Positions 13,559 to 25,819 of a DNA stretch of 64,000 nt are shown piece after piece. Each line of letters begins with the position of its first letter. Within the stretch, counting starts at the first letter, position 1. The translations under genes were made by a program, and so were the position numbers. The notes beneath the pieces are model-generated. The model had not been told where the DNA came from. It ran no database searches and saw only the letters and a list, made by a program, of their open reading frames with translations. The DNA is from Vicugna vicugna (taxonomy: Eukaryota), in NCBI GenBank assembly GCA_013265495.1, contig MU058669.1, forward strand, positions 1,497,880 through 1,561,879, written 5' to 3'.

Positions 13559-13896
13559 GAGGAATGAATAGATGGAGCACAAGGGATTTTAGGGCAATGA
13601 AATTACTCTGTGTGGAACTATAGTGGTGGCTACATGTCATTATATTTTTGTCAAAACTCACGGAATGTACAACATCAAGACTGAACCCTAATGTAAACTA
13701 TGGACTTTGGTTGATAATAATGTGTCCATGTTGGTTCATCAGTTGTACCAAATATGCCCCACTGATGAGGGATGTTGAGGGTAGAGGCGTATATATGTGT
13801 GGGTGGGGAGGGCTATGTGCCAACTCTGTGTTTTCTGCTCAGTTCTGCTGTGAACCTGAAACTGCTCTAAGAAATAAAGTATTGATTTTTAAAAAA
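13559..13896 (+). mobile_element. L1MC/L1MD-type 3' end
   Basis: gaatgtacaacatcaagactgaaccctaatgtaaactatggactttgg...gctgtgaacctgaaactgctctaagaaataaag followed by an A tail. Confidence 0.85.
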
Positions 13897-14299
13897 GTAA
13901 TTTGGGCAGCACATGCTGCCTACATTTGCACATGGCACTAAACAAGTTGATGAGAAGTGGCTAAGAGTATGGGCTTGGAGTACTAGAAACCTGGGTTGGA
14001 ACCCCAGGCCCTCCGCTCACTGCTGATGTCACCTTCTACTGGCAGCACTGAGAACGAAGCCTAAAAGCTACAGAAAGACAGGCTGAGTTGAACATGACAT
14101 GGAGGAATTTTCTAGAAAACAAGCTTAAATGTTCTTTAGCTGTATTAATGGTGTCTGGAACCAAGTAGGAAATTGTACAGACCAAGAGCTCCTGTGTATT
14201 TGAATCCTGAACTTGTAGACTCTGAATTTGGATTGGAATATTAATTGCTATGGTGGTAATGGCAGTAGATGACGATTGATGCGTGGTCCTGATGACATT

Positions 14300-14590
14300 G
14301 TTGGCCCTGCCCCACTCCGTGCTCGTTAGAGCACCTCTGTGTCCCACTTCCAGAAAGTTTGAGAAGAATGTTGCTGAACACTATGCATAGGGAGATGTGA
14401 GACCAAACAGAGGAGGATTGTGGAAGCCATGTCCTGTGAAGCCAGAATGAGAGAAACAGGGATATTTAATCAGATACTTAGCTTGAGAACCATCTTCAGT
14501 GTCATGAGCAGCGTACCTTTTATGAAGGGCTAGACAGAATCAAAACAACGGTTTGAAGCTCCAGAGAAACTGACTCCAGCACAGTACAGA
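14300..14590 (+). mobile_element. L3/CR1 LINE fragment
   Basis: ctccgtgctcgttagagcacctctg...tggaagccatgtcctgtgaagccagaatgagagaaacagggatatttaatc resembles the 3' part of the CR1/L3 RT region. Confidence 0.5.
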
Positions 14591-14599
14591 GTATCACAG

Positions 14600-14830
14600 A
14601 GAAGGAATTTTGATGTTAGACTAGCCTGGGTTTGCGTTCCAGCTCAGCTCCTCACTGTGTTACCGTGTTCATGTTACTTCCCGGCCCTGGGTCGCAGGCG
14701 TCTTGTCTGTGAAGGGGGGATGATACTAGACTTTACCTTACAGGACATCTGCACAGGTTAAAATGAGATGACCCATGGAGATAAGTCCCACAACGTCTGA
14801 CAGAGTACGTGCTCAGTAACTGCTTGCTGT
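14600..14830 (+). mobile_element. MIR SINE
   Basis: gactagcctgggtttgcgttccagctcagctcctcactg...ggttaaaatgagatgac...gtacgtgctcagtaac. Confidence 0.75.
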
Positions 14831-16499
14831 GGTTGTTCTTGCTAATATTATGAGTAGGTAGATCTGGAATATAATGAAGGTTTGCCTGCTTCAAGGGGAG
14901 ATAACAAGGTAGTTGTCACTGGGTATTGTTTAAAAAGGGGGGCAGGGAAGCAAAGTGTTTGGAGGGGATTTGCGATGGGATCGGGGTGTTCATGACCCTT
15001 TGATCCTAGAAGTGCCTTTCTGGCGCCATCTCTAGGTGTCCTCGGAATATCACTTCTGATGCCCAGTTCTTCCCTGGCCTCTTCTGTCCTGGGCCTCATA
15101 TCCCTGTGATCCACTCAGGCACCTGCTGGACTAGATTTAGCAGTCTCCCCACCATGTAATTATCTGCAACCTGCTTGAGCAGTTGCATGACTAAATTTTT
15201 CATAAGCCGCTTCGTGCTGTAATACCAATGGCTAATCATAGAGCCTTTGATTATAATCTCTTCAGCACCATGTCTCTGTTTCTTGTTTACAACTGATTGG
15301 CCAGAGCTTATAATAGCAGCAGACATTGATGAATGGATGAATGGACAGATGCATGAATAAACGGAGAAGGATGCAAACAAAAGGATAGCATTTCATATGT
15401 GGAATATATGTGTATATGAGCAATCATTATATTTAATATTCCATTCAGTGCCTAAATAATTATATTTAATGCTTCTTCCAGGTGGCTGTTTAGCATCTGC
15501 TTGAGAACCTTGTATAATAGGGAATTCATCACCTCTTCAGGCATCCCATTTTTCTTTGGACAAGTCTGTTAGCATCGACTTGCAAAGTTTCACCATATGT
15601 TGAACTAAACTGCATCACTCAGATAATAAATGAATGTACTGCCCCTTCTAGTAGTATTTGAGCTTTAATGGGAGACTCCTGGAAGCACATTCTTTAAATA
15701 AAATAATTTATATTTGGAGGGCAGAATTTCAAGCACCAGGGCTGGCAGAAAGGAAACAGGCCAGTCTCCTTCACAAATACAAGATCGTATTGTTCTATAG
15801 TTGTGGGGGATACAGGATGACAGATACTTGCAGGATTTTTATGTTACAGTAAGAAATAGATTTTGCACATCAGTAAGTATGTGGGAGATGAGATATAAAC
15901 TATGATAGAACTAAATGCATAGTAGTCATGCTTCATGAATATAAAAATGGTTATACAGAATTACATTTATTTTAGTTTTAAGAAATGATACAGAAGTGAA
16001 TTGTATTTTTTTTAACTCAGCAGCTCTTTTAAGTTAAACTTAAGAACCATGAGTCAGTTTATTTGAATCAAACATTAAAAAGAATTTTATTCTAAGTAGC
16101 AATTAAGACTTAAATGTCATTATTGGATTTCTCCTTAGAAAGCATTTGTTTTCCATCTTACAACTGAGCCGTTAAATTGGCCACATCTGGAGACAAACCA
16201 AAGACAATGCTATATGAAATCTAATTTTCAGAGGACACATCTGCTTCTTGAGGGAAAAAAATAAGACAACCGAAGAGAAACCAAAGAATCATAATAAATA
16301 CGTGGGGCCGGGTGATAAACAGGTTACCATGGAGAGCTGTTGGATTAATTTACATCCCACGTACCAGTGTGACTCTGTAGTAATATGATGCCTCTTGACA
16401 GACGTAGAAACTTCTAGAAAGAGAACTGCCATCTCAGAGCAAAGCTGTAGGGAGGCTCGTGGACACGCGGTCAGACTGTCGCGGCCGTGTGCCTCTGAC

Positions 16500-16930
16500 G
16501 GCCGCCACTGCCACGCGGAGGGGTGAGCGCTAGGAGCCGTGCTGAGGGGATGCGATCCTGCCCCCCGCTCGTGGCCGTAACGGAGGGGCCGGGGTAGACA
16601 CCGGACTTGCAGTGGATCAGTTGGATTCTCCTTCTCAGGGCTTTCATATTTGGATTGAGCTGTATCTCAGTCTGGCCTGTCTGCTTGAATAGAGGAAATG
16701 TGAACCTTGGAGCTTCAGGGAAGCTATGTTTGTGCACGTGCAGGGGAGAGGACAGGTGAAAGGCGGAAGTGAATTCCTGCCAGAGTCCTGGAGGAACTTC
16801 CAGTCTCTGGTTCTAGACCTTTGGCTATCCCTGGCTTCTCAGAAATCAGCCAGTATCTCTTCGGTAGATTTCCCTTAATTGTTTGAAATGTTTGAAGTCA
16901 GGTTTTACAAATTGCAAGCGCAAGAATACC
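16500..16930 (+). mobile_element. Ancient ERVL/MaLR-type LTR (LTR16/LTR33-like)
   Basis: ggggtagacaccggacttgcagtggatcagttggattctccttctcagg... and 3' end gatttcccttaattgtttgaaatgtttgaagtcaggttttacaaattgcaagc. Confidence 0.5.
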
Positions 16931-17135
16931 AACCGGAAAGGTGTAAACCTGAGGCCATTATCTCGATTTCCCAGTTGTCGGTGTTAAAGTTTTTCAAAAA
17001 ATCCGTATCAGGGAGCCCTTCTTCAGTGTTTCCTCTGTCCTAGATGATGATAACATAGAGAAAATGTTATGACATTATTCTCTCCTTGGTGTCTTACCGC
17101 TGTTCGCTACCTCAGCATCACATCCGCAGTCGCCT

Positions 17136-17154
17136 TTCTACGGAAAGTGAAACC
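17136..17154 (+). promoter_or_regulatory. Overlapping STAT6-type (TTCN4GAA) and IRF/ISRE (GAAAGTGAAA) motifs
   Basis: TTCTACGGAA at 17136-17145 and GAAAGTGAAACC at 17143-17154; motif match only. Confidence 0.3.
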
Positions 17155-18024
17155 AGTGGAAGCAGGTGTTTGTGTCCCTTTAAGATAAGACAATTCTGAA
17201 GGGGCGCTGTGCTTCCACTGAGCTCATTTCCCCCTTGACTAAAACGCTGATGTTCCTCTTAATAAATGACCACCTCCGTCTCTTAAGATGGAGCAGCAAT
17301 TCCTCTTTTAATTAGACAGCAGCTTCTCCTTAGCCTAGGAAAGGTGAGTTGTATTAATTTATGTTATTAGTAAAATTAATAATTCATTGATTAATTTTCC
17401 ATTTCTCGCTGGAATGAGAGGAAGCAAGTATGAGTGTGAGATTGCCTGAGTTGGGAAAACCTGAGAGGGTTGAATTTTTCATTAAGTTTCCTGGCAGGGC
17501 CAGAAGGTTACAGAAACAAATGAATCAGTGGGTTAGGCTGAAAGTGAATATTTCATGGAGGCTACTCACCATTACTTCACATAGTGGGCTGTTCTTTTAT
17601 TTGCCACATCCTCCACTTTGCTGGCTTTCCATGAGCTAAGGTCATATTCCTGTTACTGCAGTTTTGTGTAGACAGTACTCATGGAAATGTCCCTGCACTC
17701 TTTCTCTCCCCCACCCCACCACACACACTCTTGCACACATGTGTGTCGTTATTCATCTCCATTACTTTCAGATTAAAATTCTATACATTATTTAAATATT
17801 AAATGAATGAGTAAGAACTTTGAAGTGTCTCTTAGTTTTGGAAATTAAGATCCAGGCCATGATGTTTAATTTTCACTGCAGTTACAGAGTTAGTATCTGA
17901 AGATGCCTTGAAATTAGAAAATGTCCTTATCTTTCAGCAGGCAGTAGAGGACAGTGTCATTAAGCTGGAACTCAGAATTTTAGTTTCCAGTCTGACATAT
18001 AAGGAATTTAGAAGTTTCCACTAC

Positions 18025-18650
18025 TTTTTTTTTAAATGAAATATAGTCAGTTTACAATGTTATGTCAATTTCTAGTGTACAGCATAATAGTTCAGTCATA
18101 TATATGCATAAATATATTTGTTTTCATATTCTTTTTCACCATAAGTTGCTACAAGATATTGAATAGAGTTCCCTGTGCTATATACAGTATAAACTTATTG
18201 TTTGTCTATTTTATATACAGTAGTTAGTATCTGCAAATTTCCAACTCCCAGTTTATTCCTTCCCACTCCCTTGCCCCCTGGTAACCATAAGTTTATTTTC
18301 TGTGTCTGTGAGTCTTTTTCTGTTTTGTAGATAAGTTTGTATGTCTTTGTTTTAGATTTCACATATAAGTGATATCATATGGTGTTTTTCTTTCTCTTTC
18401 TGGATTATTTCACTTAGAATGATAATCTCCAGGTCCATCCATGTTGCTGCCAATGGCATTATTTTATTCTTTTTTATGGCTGATTAGCATTCCATTGTGT
18501 GTGTGTGTGTGTACGTGTACGTGTGTACCACAAATTCTTTATCCAGTCATCTGTCAGTGGACATTTAGATTGCTTTCATGTCTTGGCTATTGTAAATAGT
18601 GCTGTGAACATTGGGGTGCTTGTGTCTTTTTGCATTAGAGTTTCCTCTGC
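18025..18650 (-). mobile_element. Lineage-specific (camelid/artiodactyl-type) L1 3' end
   Basis: polyT at 18025-18033, then tagtcagtttacaatgttatgtcaatttc...cacttagaatgataatctccaggtccatccatgttgctgc. Confidence 0.9.
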
Positions 18651-19310
18651 ATATTACACTCGTTAACATATATGCACCCAATATCAAGCACCTAAATATG
18701 TAAAACAAATACTAACAGACATAAAAGGAGAAATTGATGGGAATACAATAACAGTAGGAGACTTTAAAATCCCATTAACATCATTGGACAACTGTTCCAG
18801 ACAGAAAATCAGTAAGACAATGAAGATACTAAATGACACAATAGAACAGTTGAACTTGATTGATATTTTTAGGACATTACATCCCTCAAAAACAGAATAT
18901 GCATTCTTTTCAAGTGCTCATGGAACATTCTCTAGGATAGACCACATACTCAAGCGCAAAAGAAGCCTCAACAAATTTAAGAGGATAGAAATGACTTCAA
19001 GCATCTTTTCTGACATCAATGGCAGGAAACTAGAAATCAACCATAGAAAAACCAATGAGAAAAAAAATGACTACATGGAGACGAAAGAACATGCTACTAA
19101 AAAACCAATGGGTGAATGATGAAATCAAAGAAGAAATTAAAAAATACTTTGAGACAAATGACAATGAAAACAACCACACAAAATCTGTGGGATGCAGCAA
19201 AAGTAGTCCTAAGAGGGAAGTTCATTTTGATGCAGGCCCTCTTCAAAAAATAAGAACAATCTCAAGTAAACAACCTAACCTACCACCTAAAAGGAGTAGA
19301 AAAAGAAGAA
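18651..19310 (+). mobile_element. L1 ORF2 endonuclease-region fragment, inverted relative to the adjacent 3' end
   Basis: ORFs 18784-19119 (LNDTIEQLNLIDIFRTLHP...FFSSAHGTFSRIDHIL) and 19055-19342 (LLKNQWVNDEIKEEIKKYFETNDNE) are L1 ORF2. Confidence 0.92.
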
Positions 19311-19324
19311 TTAAACCGTATGAT

Positions 19325-20510
19325 TTAATAACACATACATGAAAGGAGAAATCTCAAGAGAAATTACATAGTACCTTGAATTGAATGGAAATGAAAATAC
19401 AAATTACAAATTTATGGGTAACTGTGAAAGTAGTGTTGAGAAGGAAATTTATAGCATTGAATACATATATTTAAAAAGGTTAAAGATCTAAAAATAAATC
19501 ATTAGGTTTTCACCTTCGGAAAATAGAAAAAGAAAAAAAGAAATCCAAAATAATCAGGGGAAAAGAAATAATAAAAAAAAAGCAAAAACTAATGCAATTT
19601 AAATCAATAGAGAAAAATCAACAAAACCAAAAGCTGTTTCTGAAAAGATAAATAAAATGCATTGATCATTAGGCAGGCAAATTAGGAAAAAAAGACATAA
19701 TTACTAATATCAGAAATGAAAGAGTAGACACTATTACAGATCGCACAGGTAGTAAAAGGATATAAAAGGAGTATTATTAACAACTTTGTACTCACACATG
19801 TGATAACCTAGACTGAATGGACCAATTCCTTGAAAGACAATCTGCCAAAACTCACAGAAGAATAAATATACAACCTGAATAGCTCTGTATCTGTTAAAGA
19901 GATTGAGTCAATAAATGATAATCACCTTTCCAAACAGAAGGCATCAGGCCCAGGTGGATACACTGATGAATTCTACCAAGCATTTAAGGGAGAAATTATA
20001 CCAGTTCTGTACAGTCTTTTCCAAAAGATAGAAGCAGAGGGAGTATTTCCTAATTCATCTTATAAAGCTAGAATTACTCTAATAACAGACTAGGCAAAGA
20101 TATTTCCAAGAAAACTATAGATTAATATCTCTCATAAACATAGATGCAAAAATCCTCAGCAAAATATTACCAAATTAAATCCAACAATGTATAAAAGTAA
20201 TTATGTACCATGACCAAGTCGGAGCTATCCCAGGTATATAAGGCTGGTTTTATGTTTGAAAATCAATTAATCCAGTTTATGTTAATATTAATAGGTTAAA
20301 GAAGAAAAATCACATGATCATATCAATAGATGTGTAAAACTCATTTGATAAAATCTAACAGCCATTTATGATTAAAAAAAAATCTTGATGAACTAGAACT
20401 TACCTCAGATTTCCCTCAACTTGATTAAAAAAAAAATCTACCAAAATGTACAGCTAACATCATACTTTATGGTGAGAGACTTAATGATGAGAAACCTCTC
20501 TGCATTTCCC
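19325..20510 (+). mobile_element. Older L1 ORF2 fragment (Z domain to RT)
   Basis: gcatcaggcccaggtggatacactgatgaattctaccaagcatttaagg (PGPDGFTGEFYQTF-like); aacatagatgcaaaaatcctc; catatcaatagatg. Confidence 0.88.
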
Positions 20511-20769
20511 AAACCCTGCTGTGCTTCCACAGCTTTCTGAATTTTGGAATGTAAAGACCAAGTCTCCAGGCAGTTGGTACACTCCTGACATCGTGGCTTT
20601 CTTTTTTGGATTTTCACAGGCGTTGTCAGAGAAAATGTAGGCTTCCCTGGTTACTTCAAGGCTAGGGATCTTTGTTTCTTCTGCACTTTCCTGACTACGT
20701 ATCATTATTTCTTCTCACTTGACTCCGGTGGCTCACTGCTTTGAATTCGCCTGACTGTCCCCCACCCCC

Positions 20770-21254
20770 ACCAGTTTTGTTGAGCTATAACTAATGTACA
20801 GCACTGTTTAAGTCTAAAGTATATGGAGTAATGATTTGCCTTACATGTATTGTGAAATGATGGCTACAGTAAATTTAGTTAACATTGATCATCTCACGTG
20901 GATCCAAAAATAAAAGTTTTTTTTCCTTGTGATGAGAACTCTTAGAATTTATTCTAACAACTTTTAAATATACCATATAGCAGTGTTAACTATAGTCATC
21001 ATCTTGTATATTGTATCCCCAGTACTTATGCATCTTACAGCTGGAAGTTTGTATCTTCCTCTAATTTCCCCTACTCCCACCCTCCACCTCTGGTAACAGG
21101 AGATATGATCTTTTTCTTTGGGGTTTTGAATTTTAAAATTTTTATTTATTTTTGAAGATTCCACACGTAAGTGATACCACATAGTATTTGTCTTTCTCTA
21201 ATTTGTTTCTCTTAGCATAATACCCTCAAGATCCATCCATGTTGTCACAAATAG
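20770..21254 (-). mobile_element. L1 3' end (L1MA9/L1_Art-like)
   Basis: ccttgtgatgagaactcttagaattt...gcagtgttaactatagtcatc...gatccatccatgttgtcacaaat. Confidence 0.85.
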
Positions 21255-21309
21255 TCCTCTGATGTTGACTTTGACAACCCTCCGAACGTGTTCACACCTT
21301 ATAGACCAA

Positions 21310-21495
21310 CACAGTAAAGTATAAAGAGCAGTGATCTAAGAATCAGAAGACCCAGGTTCCTGGCCCACGTGCCACTTGGTAGCTGTGTTCACCTTGAGCA
21401 AGTCATGTTACTTTTCTAAAACACAGTTTCTTCAGCTGTAGCGTCATGATGGTGATACCTGCCCAGTGTGTCTCATGGGGCAAATAAGAAATCTG
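21310..21495 (+). mobile_element. MIR SINE
   Basis: gaatcagaagacccaggttcctggccc...tagctgtgttcaccttgagcaagtca...cagtttcttcagctgta. Confidence 0.75.
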
Positions 21496-22879
21496 GTGAA
21501 CAAATATTCAGTTATTACCAAACGACTTCTTAGTCCCCTTCCTACTGTGAAGTACTTTGTTCCTATAGTTTTAGGAAAATTGCTGGTAATTACAACTTCA
21601 TTTCCTAACAGAGCCATCAGCCCTGTAGCTATGAATCTAAGTGGATATGCTACACAGAGTAATGAGGATAAAAATGTTAGTAATCCTTGACTGGTTTTCT
21701 GATAGAATTATAATTACAGTACATAAAAGAAATGCATTGTGTGTTGTATGTTGGCATCTCAGGAAATTGTCTGATAGAGTTGGATGAGAATCTGCCTGTA
21801 AGATTAATTGTAAATTGTTTTGGATGTGAGCACTGTCATCAGGATTGAAAATTGCTAGAGAATGTAATGACAGACCTGACAAAGAGTGGCAAGGAGGGGC
21901 ACCACAGGCTTCAGGGAGGCCACGGTGTCTACGTGGGGGTTTTCTAGGATCAGAGTTCAGCCAGATCTCATTGCTGTCTTCAATAACTACCCCAGAAAGG
22001 GGCTGCATGTCTGCGAAGAGTGCTTAGTTGGCAGGTGCTGAAACAGAGATGCAAAATCATACAGGAAGAAATCAGACATGTTACAATGGAATTTTAGGCA
22101 AACATCAAAATCAGATTCTTCTGGGGACATGGTGTTTGAGATCGTGACCGCTGGAAATGCTTTCCCCCACTTCTGTCTACTGAAATAAAACTGTATTCTG
22201 AAATCTTTCAGTCTCTCTCTCAGGTGTTCCTTCATCCCTTCAAAGAGAACTACCCCTCTTCTGAAATTCTTTTCCTATCTTTTGTTACTTATTTGGGGTT
22301 ATAGACATGAAACCGAATCTTAATGCCACCTAAGTCTTAAACTCCCTGAGGCAGAGGATCACTGTTAACTCTTCATGAACCTCATAGAATCCAGCACGAT
22401 GGCATCACTTTTAGAATCTGAATCTGCTTTTCTGTCCTCTCTCTACTTCCTGTTTCCAACCCTTTCTGTCTTTCCCAGAATATATGGCATTGGCGTCCTT
22501 TGCTCCCCTTCCTTCAGTCTCCTCTGCTCCCCTCAGTGCACCCTTCCATTCTCCTTTTGTAAGTGGTCACAAGACTCTTCCTAACATGCTTGCCTGGTCA
22601 TGCTGTTTCTCTGCTCTGACACTTGCTGTGCTGTGGTTCTCCCTTGCTACTGGATTATGTATAAACACCTTAGCCTGGTTCCTGAGACTCTCCTTGATCT
22701 GTTCCCACTCTGATTTCCTACTATTTATCCTTAACAAGTGGCTCCTGCAATTTCCTGCTCACCAAAACCACCACCCACTGGCTTACTTCTTTTCCTTTGA
22801 TTACACACTTGCCTCTCCTCCAATCCTATTTGCATTCCCCAATTCTCCTATGACGTATTTACCCTAATTTCCTATTTTC

Positions 22880-23710
22880 CTATTACCTATGGTTTGTCTT
22901 GAGATAATGGCATAAACTTGGGCTGTATCCTAACGCTTCCCTCTCTCATCCCGCCCTCCCACAACACTCCAAAACCTAGTGTCATGACCTAGTACCTCTG
23001 ATTTTCCCCCCTGATAATCACTTGAATCAGTATTTCTCTCCGTCTATTGCTGACACCACAGCGAACTGTCTCCTGGACTATATGGTATATTCCTAGTTGG
23101 TCCCACTCCTAGCTTCTTTCTTGCTTACAATACAGTCTAATCAGGTCACTTGTATGCTCAAAATCCTGCAGCTGTTTTGGTTACTCTAAAATCTAAATAC
23201 ATGCCATAGCCTACCAAAGTCCCATAAGGGGGGACACCATCTCCCCAAGTCTGATTTCACACTGGCCTGTCCACAGTCCAGGCTGTGTCTCAGTAGCCCA
23301 GCAGCTCTGGCCTTCTTTCAGATCCTCAAACATACCATATTCCCTTGCACCTCGGAACATCTGACCACACTGTGTCCTCTATATGGAATATTTCTCCTTT
23401 CTCCTTCTTCTTAACCTGAGATCCATCCCCAGAGTCTTTATTCAAACATAACTCCCCTAGAAGAACCTTTCCTGATGGCCCAGATACGCCCTACTATATA
23501 TTCTCATAACATCCTGTGCTGCTCCACTGTGAACCCTTCACTATGTAATGTGATGTTTATATGCGTGATTATTTAAATAAGGTCTTTCTCTTTCCGAGGC
23601 TGTATTACTCCGTAAGGGCAGCACCTTTCTGGATTTTGTACACAGTTGTAGTCTTATCTCTTGGCACAGTGGATTCATATTTTAACATAGTCATATACTT
23701 ACTGAAAGAC
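22880..23710 (+). mobile_element. L2 LINE fragment
   Basis: tctcctggactat...caggtcacttgtatgctcaaaatcctgcag...tctggccttctttcagatcctcaaacatacc...ccgtaagggcagcacc pattern. Confidence 0.75.
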
Positions 23711-24139
23711 TGAGAAATCTATTTGCTTCAGATTTCTCTGTTCCCATCTATACATTACTGTATTGTGTGGTTTAAATACAAAATGTTAGTCAAGTCCTCA
23801 GCAAAATATCTGCTACATTATAAATGTGCTTTAATTGCAGTCACGTTTGACAACACGACTCTTGGGAGTTGGCCATATCTCCTCTTTTAGACTACAGTTC
23901 TGTGTTGCTTGTGATACTTTGGGCAGAGAAACTCAGCGACAAAAAATATTTATTAATATCTTTACAAGTAAGTCTCGTACAGATAGTCTTTCCTATCACC
24001 GTGCCTTGTTGCTTTTCTACATCTCTCCTGCCACAGTACATTTCCAAGCATATACAGTTTTCTAAGTACAAATGGAGCAAAAAAAAAAGCAGTACCAGAG
24101 GGTAGGAATGAAGAGATGCTCAAATACCCACAGGTCAAC

Positions 24140-24530
24140 AGGACTGTCATGTGATTAGGCATGACCCATCAGAGTCCTGCATTCTCCTGAAAACAGTCAC
24201 GGGTTCAAGGATGGTCATGAGATGCAATCCAGGCCAATGAGAAACAATAAAACCTTTCCCTGAGATTTATGGAAAGGCACTCTTGTCTTCTCCTAAGTTG
24301 TGAAACCAACAGTTTATGGAGTCTGTTTGTAAGTGTCTGGAGTCTGTGTAGAAGGACAAAAATACAAGAAATAAAAACCTGTTTCTTGGTGATACTGTCT
24401 AGAAACAAGCCATTCTTGAACCCAGATTTCCCTCAGGACTGTTCACCTACACAAGACAATAAATGCCCTTTTAAAATATAAGCCAGTTTGAATTGGGTTT
24501 TCTGTCAGTTGCAATCAAAATAATCTTGAG
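24140..24530 (+). mobile_element. MaLR LTR (MLT1K/L-like)
   Basis: gggttcaaggatggtcatgagatgcaatccaggccaatgaga...aataaatgcccttttaaaatataagccagtttgaattgggttttctgtcagttgcaatcaaaa. Confidence 0.7.
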
Positions 24531-25819
24531 AGATTCATGGCTTCAAATAAGAGATGAAATTTAAGCCAAATCTTAAAGATTGTCAGGTCTATTAAAAAAA
24601 AAGAAAGAGAGAGAGAGAAAATCCAGGCAAAAGGAGCACCACGTCCAGCACATGAAGATCTAGAATGACATCGTGCTTGGACAGCTGCAGATACAGGTTG
24701 ATTCTCGTCTTCAGTGTGAAAGAAAAGGGAGTGTTCAGTTTAGTCTGTGGGCACGCCTGATTCCTGAGGGCTAGTTCCCCCAGAGTTTCTGCCATGGACT
24801 TTGCCCAGAGTCAGCTAAACAAATGTTAAATTAATAAGCAAGTGGATTATAGAAATGTGAAAAAATATGTAACAATCCCCAGAGGGAAAAGAAATTTTAG
24901 GGGGAAGGAGAGGAATGAAAACCTAATTTATTCTCATACTGCATTGAAAGATTGGAGAGAAAGACTGACTTTAAAAGCTATCTACTGGGTACTCTACAAA
25001 TATTAGTGTCATAAAGTATGCAAATTAAAATTCTGCTGAAGACAGATAAAACTGAATTAGCCATTCAGTGTTTATTCTCAGACTAATAATCATTCTAGCT
25101 CAAAGAATGGTAATTAACTGGTACCACCTATGCTGTCAGACCACCTTTTCCTCGTATGTCCAGGAGCTCTGCTTGAATGACAGCATCCCTGAAAGGCAGG
25201 GGCACTTAGGCTGCCTGGAGACCACCATCACAACTTCCATTATTTCATTTATTCTTAGAACCATGCTTAAAAGGTAGAAAAGAGAGGAAGTCTAATCATG
25301 TCACAGCAACTGAGACGTACTGCTATCAAATTATTCACCCTGGATCACTCCCCAGGGAAACAGCAAACTGAAGTAAGACCCCAGATCTTCTCTTTCTTGG
25401 TGACTTTTCCTTCTACATAAAATCATGTAAACATTTACTTTTTATGTTCTCTTTCTGGAGTTAATAAATTTGATCAAAGCTTTGAAGTATCTTTTGATAA
25501 ATGAGGAAAGGAATAATAGGGTCTAGGAGATAAAGGGAAAATAGGTGATGATAAAGAGAGAGGAGCAACAAAGAGGATCAGAGGGATACAGAAAAACAGT
25601 CAAACGGTATGACATGATGCTAGTCTGAGGTGCCAGGTAACATGCTAGCGTCTGGTAACTCGTAGGGCAGGAGCTGTTTTGTACATCCCTTCAAATATAC
25701 CAACAGTCTAGTGTTGTAGAAGTCATTTACTTCTCTAGAAACATATGCCTCTATCTCCTACACTAAGTTTTTAGTTAAACTTTTTATTTTGAGATAATCA
25801 TAGATTCATAAGCAGTTGA

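Noticed and set aside
15790..15880. 72-bp phase-0 exon-like segment (LWGIQDDRYLQDFYVTVRNRFCTS) ending at GTAAGT
   Set aside because: Poor polypyrimidine tract and unrecognised peptide; such patterns arise by chance in 64 kb.
17195..17212. Possible CTCF site (tctgaaggggcgctg)
   Set aside because: Only the 3' half of the core matches the consensus.
18784..19342. ORFs with clear protein homology
   Set aside because: They are frameshifted L1 ORF2 fragments, not a host gene or an active element.
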